A DNA stretch of 64,000 bases from positions 6,014,001 to 6,078,000 of the forward strand of contig CM035352.1 in NCBI GenBank assembly GCA_020137815.1, in the 5' to 3' direction. The notes under the pieces are model-generated. The model did not search any database, was not told the DNA's origin, and saw nothing but the letters and a program-made list of their open reading frames with translations. Both the position numbers and the translations under genes were made by a program. Below are positions 35,940 through 48,800 of the stretch, one piece after another. Within the stretch, counting starts at the first letter, position 1, and every line of letters begins with the position of its first letter. This DNA comes from Hormiphora californensis. Its lineage: Eukaryota; Animalia; Ctenophora.

Positions 35940-37089
35940 TAGGGTAGCCACTGGCTATTTGAAACAGTTTTTCACTTTTTTCCCTTGCCTGCCCACAAAT
36001 CAAGTCGAACCCAAATTTTTTTGACCTTGTGTTACCGAGACAGTCCCTGGGTGGTTTTTTGGGTGGTTGGAGATGTCTCATTTTGTCTTCCGGGGCCAGG
36101 GTCACGTGATATCTATCCAAATTTGGTGTTTCAGATAGCCCGCCTCGGTCTGCTAATTTGAAACACCCGTATCTCCCTCAATTTCTCCACGAAACCGAAA
36201 TTTTTGACATGGAATAGTTAGAAAAGGGTTGTGCAGAGCCATTCCATGTCTGAAATCTGAATTTGTTTGCATGTGCTTGGTGCAGTGAATGTTTCCAAAA
36301 AGTGTTTCAAATAGCCAGGAAAACGGTTTTTGCCCCAAATTCGGCCAATTTTTGGCGGAAATGGCTAAACTCATAATTCATATCCTCCCTATGCTCAAAA
36401 TGAACATCAAAAATTTCCGACAGCGGATTTGGAGAAAAGTGTTTCAAATAGCCCTCCACGGTGTTTCAAGTTACCAGACTCGCTTGCCCTGCAGCTCATA
36501 ACATAGCGAAAACCACTGAACCCGACTAATTTCGATACGCTGAATCACGTAAGCAACTTTTCCAATCCGTATGAGGTCGATAAAGTGCCCTAATTGAGTA
36601 TAATTGGGTCTAATTGACCTTAATTGCTCAATTAAGGCACTTTCCCGACCTCTGAGGGATTGGAAAGGTTGCTTACGTGATTCAGCGTATCAAAATTAGT
36701 CGGAAAAGTGCCCTCACATAAGTATAAATCATTTCCAGGTGAAAAGTTGTAAATGGGGTCAATAAGACCCAATTATGCTTAATTAGAACACTTTTCCGAT
36801 CTGAGACGGAGCCCAGAGGTTTAAAAAGCTATTTATGATTATATTTAAGTTTCTCAATTTTCATTTTTTGAAATAAAAAGGAAATCTTTGAATTTTTTGT
36901 TTAAACACAAGGATTGTTTCTATTCCAGAATTTAAAACAACGGCATGAGTACCTACTGTTTGCTATGCATCTCCCAAGACAAGCTACTACATACGCGGCA
37001 CTACGTTTCAAATAGCCATACCATGCGTTTCAAATAGTCAGACACTGTTTCACATTGGCAGGCGTTTCAAATAGCCAGTGGCTACCCTA
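35940..37089. mobile_element. Non-autonomous TIR element between PEX16 and XPO5
   Basis: TAGGGTAGCCACTGGCTATTTGAAAC / GTTTCAAATAGCCAGTGGCTACCCTA, with several internal GTTTCAAATAGCC subrepeats. Confidence 0.7.
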
Positions 37090-37362
37090 TCTTCTGTATT
37101 TTCTCTCACGGACACATTCACACAAATATAAAATACATCTGTCTTTTAAGAGAACTTGTTTCTGATATAGGCTCTGAATCTCTCTGTCTCTCTCTGAATC
37201 TCGATCTTTCTCTACACACCCTCTCCCATCTCTCTCTCTCTCACTCTCTCTCTCCCTGCAGCAGTGTACAAACCTTTCAACAGTCTCATTCAGCACGTAG
37301 TGACACTCAGTCCTATTCTATACCCATTCCTTCTCTAGCTCTCTCTAGCTAATGCTCTAACC

Positions 37363-39085
37363 TCACGAAGACCACAGATAACTATATAAGCTTCTCCACT
37401 CTGGTAGATATTCACCCAAACCATCAGTCAGTAGTCCTAATAGTGGGACAGAGTTAATTGTCCCGATAACTCCTGACAGTCTCTCTTCAGTAAATGTCTC
37501 ATAAAATGGTGATCTAAGGGAGTAGAGACCTACAGCTAACTTTCTCCTCCACAACTCAATCTCTTGCCGCTCTGTTAAATGAGCCTGTGTAACACCACTG
37601 CTTAGTCTGTGTATGCTATACCCATCAAGACCAAGAGAAACAACGAAAGGCACCCATGATTTGCTACTAAACACTCCAAGCGCCACTAGATGGGCTATGG
37701 GTTTGAGGGTATAACATATCTCAGCTAACAGAAGCTCTTTATTTGCAGGATTGTGCGGGATAAAAGTGTCAGGGTGGGATTGGCGCACAAAGATACCAGT
37801 CCGTGTTCCGACCCAACCCCGTGGCGCATCAGAGAGAGAGGAGGTGCCTATTAGCACCCGATTGTGCTGGTAGATCAGACAGAGCCGTATAGATATCTTG
37901 ATGGTTGTGAGGGCCAGGACTGCCATCCATTTGAGTTTTGATCCACCGATACGACGTGCTGATAGTTCTACAAATACCTCAATACATTGGATGATCTGGA
38001 GCATCCTCTCGAGACGATCTTTATCAATCTGGGGGGGGGGGGGGGGAGTGGGTGTTAATATCATATCAGGTAATATGAGATGGGATTAACAGGGTGTTAT
38101 TAAAACTAAAACCAGGCTCTGAGATTGCAAATTCAGCTAGGATCATAAACAAACATGAAACATTACACTCTGGAGAGTTCTAAAGCCCCCCCCCCCCCTT
38201 CTAGATGGGAGAGAAGGAGAGGGTAAGAAGTGTGGTTGAATGTTGATATATTATATGTACACTGGCCGTTAGCCTGTAGCCACAAGATTGGAGCCAACAT
38301 AAACAGTAAACTACACAGTAAACAATACAACAGTTGGTGTTGCACTGTTTGCTCCTGTTTGTTTGTCCTTACTGAAGACTTTCACATATTCATTCACTCG
38401 CATTACATATTTTATAAAATGTGCCCATAGACGGACTAGAAAACCACCACTCAATCTCACACTCTACCTAGCCCCTCCCAACATGACACAACTCCAGTAG
38501 GGGCAGTGCCACTAACATGACACAACCCCAGTCGGGGCAGTCACACTAACATGACACTAAACAACCCCAGCAGTCTCACTAACATGACACAACCCCAGCA
38601 GTCCCACTAACATGACACTAAACAACCCCAGCAGTCCCACTAACATGACACTAAACAACCCCAGCAGTTCCACTAACATGCCACTAAACAACCCCAGCAG
38701 TCCCACTAACCTGACACTAAACAACCCCAGCAGTCCCACTAACATGACACTAAACAACCCCAGCAGTCCCACTCACCTCGGCATCAGCATATTTTGGTGG
38801 TACCACCCTCTCTGTAGAACCACTCAGCACCCTATCGTGGGTGTACCGCAGCAGATTACCACACATGAAAACCAGCTCCGAGACCTCCTGAGAGAATCGT
38901 CCTGTGCACAGATAGCTGAGAGAACAGACAAGAGACTCGAGGGCTCTGTGTGAAGCAGGATCCTTGCGGACTAGAGTTGTATAGTGACTGGAGAGGTGGT
39001 GGAGGTAGTCTGTGAGGGCCGAGGAGGAAGATGGGGGAGGGTGGTCGTCATCTTTCTGGATGTCTTCTGTAGCAAAGCAGTGCAT
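37363..39085 (-). CDS. PEX16: Peroxisomal membrane protein PEX16. Exons 39085-38777, 38028-37363
   Basis: LESLVCSLSYLCTGRF..VSELVF..NLL..HDRVL; IEVFVELSA; AE..Y.LKP..HL; ELWRRK...LYSLRSPFY; EYLPEW..LYSYLWS are characteristic Pex16 motifs. Confidence 0.88.
38480..38776. repeat. 33-bp minisatellite starting at the PEX16 intron donor
   Basis: Unit CCCCAGCAGTCCCACTAACATGACACTAAACAA. Confidence 0.9.
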
Positions 39086-39515
39086 CTGGAGCAACTAGAG
39101 ATAGAGGGAAGGTTCAGTGTTAGATATATCACGGTATCATGTTAGGGGGATGTTAGGGGGGCAAGGGGAGACAAAGCTATACATCTGGATTTTAACAAAG
39201 AATAAATGGTAAATCTTGTTAATGTACAATGCTTAATTTTCGCAAAAGAATAGGATGTATACTTGATAGTGAGTCCTCTCTAACCACAAAGGTGGCGCTT
39301 TATTTTTTACAAAGGAGTTCTAGCCTCTTTAAAACACACATAACACATAATAGTCTACTCATAACAAAATCATATGATTAAATATTCGATAGCGAAGTGA
39401 TATATAGATATATTGAAGTGTAATTTGAAGAGTGTTTCTATCTCTACAAGAAAAGTGTGTCCCATGATGTCAGCTGTTTAAAACCTCACTACTACCACTC
39501 CTCCCTGTATATCAG

Positions 39516-41688
39516 CTATTCGTCCTTGGAGCCATGCTTAATAAGACGAACGAAGGCGTTGTAGTCGAAGAGGCCGTCCGTGTCGATAGGGGCACCCCTG
39601 AACATCTCATCAACCTCGTCATCAGTGAACCTGGAGAGGGGGTGTGATGGGGTTAACAATATGTAGGTGTATCATATGGGGGAGAGGGGGTATACAGGAT
39701 CATCCGAAATCATCAGATATATCAGTTACTACACAATTTATCTCACCACCCACACAAACATTATTGATACTGTGTGGCCATTGTGTTTTGGGTGATAGCC
39801 CATGAGGATAGTCGCATTAGAGGAATTGGGTTGGTTCGGTAGATTGGGTATTATAGAAACTGGACTATGTTGGCTGAGTGTAAGTGAATTGGCAGGGTAG
39901 ATCAAAGTGGATTAACTTTGTTTGTGGTAACTGGATACTATATTACACACATTGGAGCAGAGTTATATTAGAGATAGATGTAGGAAGGAGAAGAAAGGAA
40001 AATGTTAAATAAGACGGAATGGAAGAAAAAAAGTCGGAATGTGGAAGGAATATTAGAGAGAAAAGAAGGGGTATTGAGGAAAGGATGGAGAATTAGAGAG
40101 AGAGAAGAATTGTGATGAGGTAAAATTACAGGAGGTGTTAAAATCAGTACACACATTGCAGCTTCCTGCATTATCACGTGACTGGGTGACAAGCCCCATT
40201 CTAACGTGTAATAAACGAGGGGGGGGGGGGTTGAAGGAATGTTATATTTGTATTAGGCATTAGCACCGAAATTAAAAAGGTGTGTTGCATAAGTATGAGC
40301 CTTTCTAGACGAGACAAAATCTCCTATGAGGCAGTTATAACTGGCAGTTATAACTGCCTCCTATAGTAGGTAGATACTCGTTTAGAACGATATTTCTACT
40401 CTAACCGCCGGTTAGAGTTTGAACCATTACCGGCTACTATAACTGGCAGTTATAACTGCCTCCTATAGTAGGTAGATACTCGTCTAGAAAGAAAAAGGGC
40501 CTTCGTATGAGGCAGTTATAACTGCTATTGCACGTGATCACTGTCATGTGTGAACAAAATATGATACGGGGACGTTGTGGAAACCTTACACTCACACGAT
40601 GACATGCATTAGCAGTTATACCTGCCTCATACGGCCTTTCTAGACGATGATCGTATGAGGCAGTTATAGTAGCCGGTAAGAGTAGCCAGTTACTCGTTTA
40701 GAATGGTTTTACCTACCTACTATAGGAGGCAGTTATAACTGCCTCCTATAGGAGATTTTGTCTCGTTTAGAACAGCTCTAAGAGGGATAAAGTCATTTAT
40801 ATCAACACGATGATGTCTTGCGTGGTGATTGGATATATGTGAAGGGAAGTGGAAGGAATACACAGAGAGGAATGAGAGAGAATAATGAGAATGACGTTGG
40901 TCTGACAATGCGTGATAGTAAAGGGATAACGCATATATTGTGAGACTGTGTGAGTTAAGAGTGTAACAGGAAGCCTAGTAACCGCCCCTTCCGCGTCCTC
41001 TCTCTCTCCCTCTTCTCCCTCTCTCTCTCCCTTTATCTTTATCAATTTGGTATTCCTTACAACGCATATATAACAAGCCTCTGTTCAGTAAAATGAAAAT
41101 ACCCTGGCCTCATTGAGATCATGACAAATAACAATTTCCCACTCTCACCTGTCTCCCATGGTGGTCAACAGCTCCCGTAAATAGTCTTCATGCACCTTCC
41201 CAGTACTATCTTCATCAAAACATTGAAATGCGTTCATTATCGTTTCCTCCGGGTCCGTCCCGTTTAACTTTTCCCCGAACATTGTGAGGAACATGGTAAA
41301 GTTGATGGGTCCAGCTGCCTCGTTAATCATACCCTCTAAATGAGCATCTGTGGGCTCCTGGCCTAAAGAGGGGGAGAGGTTAGAGGGTTATTATTACAAC
41401 CGGGCTAATAACCAGTTAACCAAATCAAAGTTCAATCAACTCCTCTCATAAGCAAGTAACAAAGTAAACAAAGTAACCAAGTAAAGGTGTTTCACACATA
41501 CCAAGTGAGGCGAGCATATCATGAAGATCCTCCTTACAGATAAATCCATCATGGTTCTGGTCTATCATGTTGAATGCCTCCTTAAACTCCTGGATCTGCG
41601 TCTGATCGAACATGGCGAACACATTGGAAGTTGCCCTCTGGGCCCTCTTCTTGGGCTTTCCCCTCTTGTTGATCTGTCGGGCGGCCAT
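39516..41688 (-). CDS. MRLC: Myosin II regulatory light chain (MYL9/MYL12/sqh type). Exons 41688-41502, 41362-41149, 39630-39516
   Basis: [38 protein letters not shown]; [23 protein letters not shown]; [21 protein letters not shown]...IKHGSKDE*. Confidence 0.95.
40297..40778. mobile_element. MITE with palindromic AGGCAGTTATAACTGCCT subrepeats (Harbinger-like ends), in an MRLC intron
   Basis: TTCTAGACGAGACAAAATCTCCTAT / ATAGGAGATTTTGTCTCGTTTAGAA inverted ends; GAGC...GCTC termini. Confidence 0.65.
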
Positions 41689-42124
41689 GATGATATGCTA
41701 AAACAGGTTGAGTTATGATAATGATATTAAATAAATTTATCCTTCAGCCGGAGATCTAATGCTTACACGGTATAACCTATTTGTAACCTATTTGACCAAT
41801 GAGGACACCCAAAAATTAAATGTAACAACATCGATATTCCTCCAAATTCCAAAAAATCAAATCAAAATAAACACTATATCAGTCTGCTCTTTACCGCCCA
41901 TTTATTTCAGCAGGAAGAATTCTACTGTAGGTAATGAATAATGTAAATTATGCACATAATATCCCACTAATTCCACTTTCCCTAAGATCACGGTCGGCAG
42001 TTTCATCCCCAGCTCTTATCCAAAAATTAGTGAGCTAACTGCAAGACTATTTACAAGCTAGGCTATGTTCAGTGGGTACAGGAATGAGGAAGGACCCACT
42101 TTTCGGGCGGAAGATAGGAAGAAA

Positions 42125-42619
42125 GGCAGGTGAGTAGAACTTCGCTCCTAATAAAAGGCTGCAATAAAAGGCTGCAGAAAAAGGCTGCAATAAAAGGCTA
42201 CAATAAAAGGCTGCAATAAAAGGCTGCAATAAAAGGCTGCAATAAAAGGCTGCAATAAAAGGCTGCAATAAAAGGCTGCAAGTGATCACGTATCTAACCA
42301 GACTAAAGCGGGGAATAGACCGAATCGTCCTACCCTAATAGTGTTTCGTATCACGTATCGGCTGTAGAGAGACCGAATCACCCTCCCCTAATTATAGTGA
42401 TTCGTGTCACGTATCCAACTAGACCATATGCGATAGAAACACTATTAGGGTAGGACGATTCGGTCTATCCCCCGCTTTAGTCTGGTTGGATACGTGATCC
42501 CTTGCAGCCTTTTATTGCAGCCTTTTATTGCAGCCTTTTATTGCAGCCTTTTATTGCAGCCTTTTTCTGCAGCCTTTTATTGCAGCCTTTTATTGGGAGC
42601 GAAGTTCTACTCACCTGCC
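42125..42619. mobile_element. Fold-back MITE with GG-start TIR, 8-bp TSD and 13-bp AAAAGGCTGCAAT subterminal arrays
   Basis: GGCAGGTGAGTAGAACTTCGCTCC / GGAGCGAAGTTCTACTCACCTGCC; TSD GGAAGAAA on both sides. Confidence 0.85.
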
Positions 42620-43739
42620 GGAAGAAATTGCATAAATTATCATAAAAGAGCAGAGTAAAAAGGACCACGTGCGCGGGGGACGGGGGTTCCATCAGAATTG
42701 GCAAACGCGGGATAAGGCAGCGCTTTTCAACCATCAGAAAGGAGTTAGGAGCTGATTTTGCGAGGTGAGATTTTGCGACGCGTTCAAGTTTTTTTTGAAA
42801 GTGCAAGTTTTTTTGATCCGACCGTCAAAACGCGCGCATTGTTGACTGCAGCGCACACCAAGGTTCAGCGCTGCCGTATGGCGGCGCATTGACGCAAAAT
42901 CAAAAAAGTAAAAAAAGTTAAAAAAAATAAAAAACGTGTTTCAAAAAACATATCCATGGAGGCGAGACACTGTGTTGAGACGCGCACAATGCGACGCGCA
43001 TGCGACGCGCATTTTGGCATTGCGACGCGCACCCTGTTTTGAATTTCGAGTAAAACTGCCAAAAAAAGTTGAAAAAATTTTGTCTCCAAAAGTTTCAAAA
43101 TCTTTTTTGTTTGACTTACGGCATGCTTGCGGACGAAAATAAGTTGGATAACGGTGGAGTAAAATCCCTTTTAAAGTCGGATTTTTTGAAGTTGTCACCC
43201 CCCTCTTCGTGCGCGGAATGTATTTGCGCGTCACATCACATGTTAACGTGTGGTGTGCGCGTCAAAATTGATAAATTTCACATGCGCGGTCATTTTGGGG
43301 TGACAACTTCAAAAAATCCGACTTTATGGTCAAATTTTGACTTTTTTGGCAATAACTCTGTCATTTCTTGTCCACATCGCACAATCTTAGGCTCGTTGGG
43401 AATAGAGTATCGAGGACTTTCCAATGATTAAACGGTCAATAAAGTCAGGGCTAAATCTCTGAGGCTGTGTTTAAAAAAGGCGTGTTTTGAAGCTTTCTGT
43501 GTAATTTCTTCGCCATTGTAGCGCTGATTTTGATGTCCTGAGCTGTAGTCAAGCTTTCAATTTGAAGGAGCTCAATGCAAAATTTTCAAAAACGTCTCTA
43601 CCAAACCTATTTCGTAGCAGATAGACAACCATACGCTTTCAAGTTAATTAGATATGTTAAAGTCGAACGCTGATTTACCAGCGTGCTCAAGGGAATTGAA
43701 TAAACCAAAACCCAAATACATTTCCGTCTTCTCCAGCTG

Positions 43740-44220
43740 TACAAGTGTCCTGATTGGTAAAATATTTCTGGATTATCATGTATCTCTCGTGTCTCCGTTG
43801 AAGAGATAAAATTCCCAGCTGTGTCAGCCTTTCCCAGTAGTTAAGGCCTTGACATTCCGCAATTCTCCTGGTAAAGAATCTCTGTATAGTTTCGATCTTG
43901 ATAACATCTCCGATCTTGGTTGGAGACCATAAGGGAGAACAGTATTCAGGTTTGGGTTTTAGCAGTGACTTGAGGAGAGTTAGCATAGTCTTCTCGGAGC
44001 GGTCTCTGAACAGTGAACATCCCAAGAATCCATCCTGCTAGACGTTTTGCTTCACCGGTGATGGTGTTAATGTGGGTAGACCATGATCCATCGTTTGTCA
44101 TGTTGACTCCAAGATCTCTCACACAAGTAGTAGGTTCGATAGCTTCGCCTGATGGGGTGTAATACCTGTAATACTCCGAGTTGAAGGGCATCTCCCGGAG
44201 TTCTCTGGTCTTGTTCAGTT
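43740..44220 (-). pseudogene. Degenerate CR1/L2-group LINE RT C-terminal fragment
   Basis: VRDLGV..., EYCSPLWSP, IQRFFTRRI, LSLQRR.ERY split across frames. Confidence 0.8.
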
Positions 44221-44316
44221 CAGTTCAAGAATTTGTGAAAACACAGGATACATTAAAATAATAAGCCTCCTAAAAACACACTGTCAGCTCAGCGAACATA
44301 AAATCACACAAGAATG

Positions 44317-45285
44317 TTACGACCACCACTGCAATATTGAGTTGCTGTTGGCTTGAGCAGGGTAACCGCTGACAGGGGGTGTGTCAGGAAAAGTGGAGAG
44401 AAAACTACCCAACTGAGATTTGAACTGGTGGAGAGTTGAAGCCTCTTTTACAGTTCGTGGAAGAATATTCCACAACCTAGCACCTAGTACCGCAAATGAC
44501 TGTTCATACAATGAAAGGTTAGATCGTTGGGCTTCATATGAATAACGCGGGACGATAGCTCTTGGGCCAGAGCGGTGCGTATCAGCGAAGGTCATAGCAG
44601 TACTGTTAGGTATCTCGTTGTTATACACTTTCCAAACAAGGATGGCAGTGTACCTCTCCCGACGGCGTTGAAGTGACAAAAGTCCCAAAGTTTGAAGACG
44701 TTGCCAGTAATCCAACCCCTTGAGACCAGCAATCTTGCGAGTGTAAGATCGCTGGATCTCCTCAACACGACTGATATCCCCAATTTTAGTAGGTGACCAT
44801 AGTGTGCAGCAGTAGTCTAGATGGGGACGCACTAGTGACTTGTAAAGAGTCATCATGGTGCGGCGAGTTCTGGATCTGAAGGCACTTAGTGTCCATCCAG
44901 CAACCCGACTAGCCGTGGAGACTACACGAGATATTTGGGCCGACCATTGCCCATCACTCGAGAGTACAACACCTAAATCACGCACAGTGTCTGACGGATC
45001 GATGAACCTTCCATCAGAGAGTTGATAGGAATGGTTCTCAGCACTGAACGGTAGTTCTCTGAGAGAATTGGTTTGATTCAGCGTATAGTTCATGACCTCG
45101 AACTTGGACTGGTACAAGGACATGTTGTTAGCTTCCGCCAAGGTTATCACACTGTATAGATCCTTTTGTAGGTTCAGTTTGTCAACCATAGTCCGGATAG
45201 CAGAGAATATTTTGGTGTCATCAGCGAACGACAGTGAAGAACCGTGTTTGATTACGGATTCCAAGTCAATTACGTAGATCAAAAA
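44317..45285 (-). mobile_element. 5'-truncated CR1/L2-group LINE (RT 3' half)
   Basis: LLFLIY..DL, FADDTKI, VRDLGVV, LYKSLVRPHLDYC, LSLQRRRERY. Confidence 0.88.
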
Positions 45286-45806
45286 TAGTAGTAGTAAGCT
45301 CCATACTTTCACGAGCGAGGGCACACTCTGCCAAAGTCAAATTGACTATATTCTGATTCGACGGAAGTGGAAGAACTCTCTGAGTAATGTGGAGGTAGTG
45401 GACTCTTTTGGTAGTGTAGGGTCTGATCATAGAGCAGTTCTTGGTTTCCTCCGCCTCAGTCTTCGGACGACTAAGCGTGCTAAGGGGCAGATCAAGTTCG
45501 ATTATACTTGTAAGGGAGAGGAGCCTGAATTGTGTGAGAGGTACAGTGTGGAGGTGAGGAATAGGTATGATGTGTTAAGAACAGATGTGAAGGATGCTTC
45601 TGGAAGGTATGGGGCATTTGTGTCGGCTGTTGGTGAAACCAATAACCACCTACTGCCACGGAAGCGCAGACGTGCTACTGATAGCGCTATGAGTGACCTG
45701 AGAGTTCTTAGTGTAAGAGACGAGTTGTTCGAAGCTAAGAAGGCTTTGTTTCTCCATCCCACTGAGAATAATAGAATCGAGGTTAGCGAGAGGAGAGAAC
45801 GCTTAA

Positions 45807-48800
45807 AGGGCCTAAAAACCCACATTTTAATTAATTATTTTGAACACTCCATCGTAACAAGCATGCTATTAGAGTCCCAAAAAGCATAGGCACACGCCAC
45901 ATGGACCCCAGGGGAGCCCCTCAAGTTGGGGCCCATTTGGGGTCCCCTTGTAAACGCGGTTGTACTCCTTGAAATGCTAACAATATGATCCTCTCTCAAA
46001 TATAAAATTTAGGATAGAAATGATCCTTGTGTTTTAGTAGATTTCATAATCTTTCTCATCAATTATTATTTAAGCCTATCAAAACTTGACTTAACTTGAC
46101 TTACTTGACTTAAGGCGAGTGGTATTCTCGAACGCTGTAGGTCAGTTTTCGCCAAGGATCTCGGCCAGCCATCATTGAAGATATCTCTGCTACGCTCTTC
46201 ACTCCAGTATCTCTTCGTATGGTGTCCACGAATGTAAGGTTTGGTCTCCCTCTTTTCGTTTTACCGTGGGAGGGTTCCCATAACAATACTGAGTGAAGTG
46301 TTAGCTCTGGGTGTCTAAACGCGTGGCCAGCATGTCTCAGGCGTCTCTCTGCTATTTTGGTGCTGAGAATCGGTAGGTCACCATACAGCTCGCAGTTGGT
46401 CATCCTCAGGAGATACTGGTTTTTATTCAGTGCCATCCTGAGCATTCGAGTGTAGGTGCCGTTTAGACTACGCTCTTGATCCCTAGTAAGCGTCCAAGTC
46501 TCACAGCCGTACAGCAGAACAGATTCTACACATGCCACAAACAATCGGACCTTTAGCTCATCTTTAAGACTCGAGTTCCAGATCTTCTTGAGTTTATGAC
46601 ATGCCACCCATGCTTTAGCCTTTCTGGTGTTAATGTCCCGGATGGAGTCGGCGATCCAACTACCAAGATACTTGAAGTCCTGTACCCTCTTGATGCTCTC
46701 TCCCGACAGAGATGTTAACTGCCCTGGGTTATCGATGCCCTCTGTCAGGAATTCTGTCTTACCAAGGTTACAACGGAGGCCAATTTGGCCACACACGGTT
46801 TCCACCTCCTTGAGCAGAGTTCCAAGTTGTTCAGTAGAGTCGGCAAGGAGCGCTAGATCGTCAGCAAACTCCGTATCCGATACCCGTTGAGCCTCAATCG
46901 GTCGAGATCTGGTACCCCGTGCTGGTTGGATGGTGAAACCAATCTCCGGGTGCCTCGAGAGTGCCGTACTGATGCAGTAGTCCAGTGCTATTATAAATAA
47001 ATAGGGTGCGAGCGTATCGCCCTGTAACACCCCGGCAACAATTTCAAAGAGAGCAGATTCTCCATCAGCGGTAATGACCTTTGCCCTTGTGTTTGTGTAG
47101 AGCCAAGAAATAAGGTCCACTATCCGTGCTGGGATCCCATACGCTCTGAGAATCTTCATCAAAGATTTCCTGTTGATGCTGTCGAAGGCTTTACAGAAAT
47201 CTATAAATACCATCGCAACAGGAAGATTCTTTGCCCTCGCACCTTCAAGAATCCGCCTCAAAGTGAGAACATGATTAGTAGTGGATCGGCCTTCCCTGAA
47301 CCCGTTCTGATTATCGCTGAGCAGAGTTTCCACATGGGGCCTAATTCTGTGGAGGATCATCCGATTTAGCGTTTTAGCTACAATCGAAGTCAGAGCTATC
47401 CCACGGTAGTTGCCGGGTTTTGAAAGGTCGCCCTTTTTTGGGACTGGGATCAGGTTGCTTATTCGCCACTGATCCGGGACTCCTTCCCCATTTAGTGCTC
47501 CGTTACAGAACTCCAGTACAATGTCATCCACATCGCATCTCTTTAGTACTTCTGGAGGGATTGAGTCATCCCCAAACGCCTTGGCTTCCTTCAGTCTAGA
47601 CTTCGCTGACTTCAGCTCGTCTCGGGTAAAGGGGCCAACTTCGATTGGGCCAGGAGGGTGAATCTCCGGAATTTCCAGATCTCCATCAGTCGATTCAACC
47701 TGTGTCCCGAGTAGGGTCTTGAAATGGTTGTACCATATCTCAACTCTATCATCGGCTGAGTCACCCTCAATCTGACTTTGCTCTCGCTGGTGTCGTCCCG
47801 AAATTTCGTTGATCAACCTCCAGCTTTCCCTGGTCTTGGCGTGCTTAGTAGCAACCTCAACCTTACTAATCTTGTTCTCCAGAATTTCAGAGTGCACATT
47901 TTCGTACGCATTCTGTAGGTCCTTCTTCGCGGTTCCGATTCTATCCAAGGTTTCCTCAGATGGGGCAGAATGGTACTGCTGGCTTGCAGTCTCCACATTT
48001 TCCCTTGCTCGTTTAACCCTGAAATCATCAGCCACCACGTCTCTGATCCTCTTTCGCTTCTTCCCCAGTAGAGCTTTGCTCGTCTGCCCAACAGCTTCAA
48101 CTAGACATCCATATCGCTCGGTCGCATCTTTCCTGTTTTCTATGGCTGAATCTAACACTGCGAAGCGGTTATGCACCTCCACAGAGAACCTCTCCTGCAG
48201 TTCTGGGCTAGATTTCAGCTCTTCGTAGCAGTAAGAGGTCCTCCCCGGGGGTGTTTTACGTTTCCGCAGTGCTAGCTTCAGTTTAACAGTGACCGCCCTA
48301 TGGTCCGATCCGAGAGAACTAAATATCTCAGATACATCGGCGTCCTTGATACTGTTCCGCCATTTCCTACGCACTAGTATATAGTCCTTGGTGGATTTAC
48401 TGAGAGTACCGTCCGAAAGGTGAGTCCAGAGGCGGCATTTCCGTTTCTGAAAACGCACATTAGCAACCTCCATATTCGCCTCCCGTAGAGTCTCCTTCAG
48501 ACAGAGTCCATTAGGGCTAGTGCTCTTGTGGTAGTACCATCCTGAGGGGGAATCCGACCAGCCGAGTTTCGCATTGAAATCTCCCGCCACGACCACTAGA
48601 TTGTGGGCAGGGATAGTGTTTATACAATCCCTTAGGTCATGGTGAAACTTCTCTACTTCATCTCTGCTGTAGCCCTCAATTGGTGAATACACAGAAACTA
48701 CAGTGAAACGAGGGTTCCCTGCAAACGTAACCTTTAGGATGCGAGGTGAGACAACCTCCTTCTCCGTAATCAGCTTCCACGCTGCTGCCCTCATGGCGAT

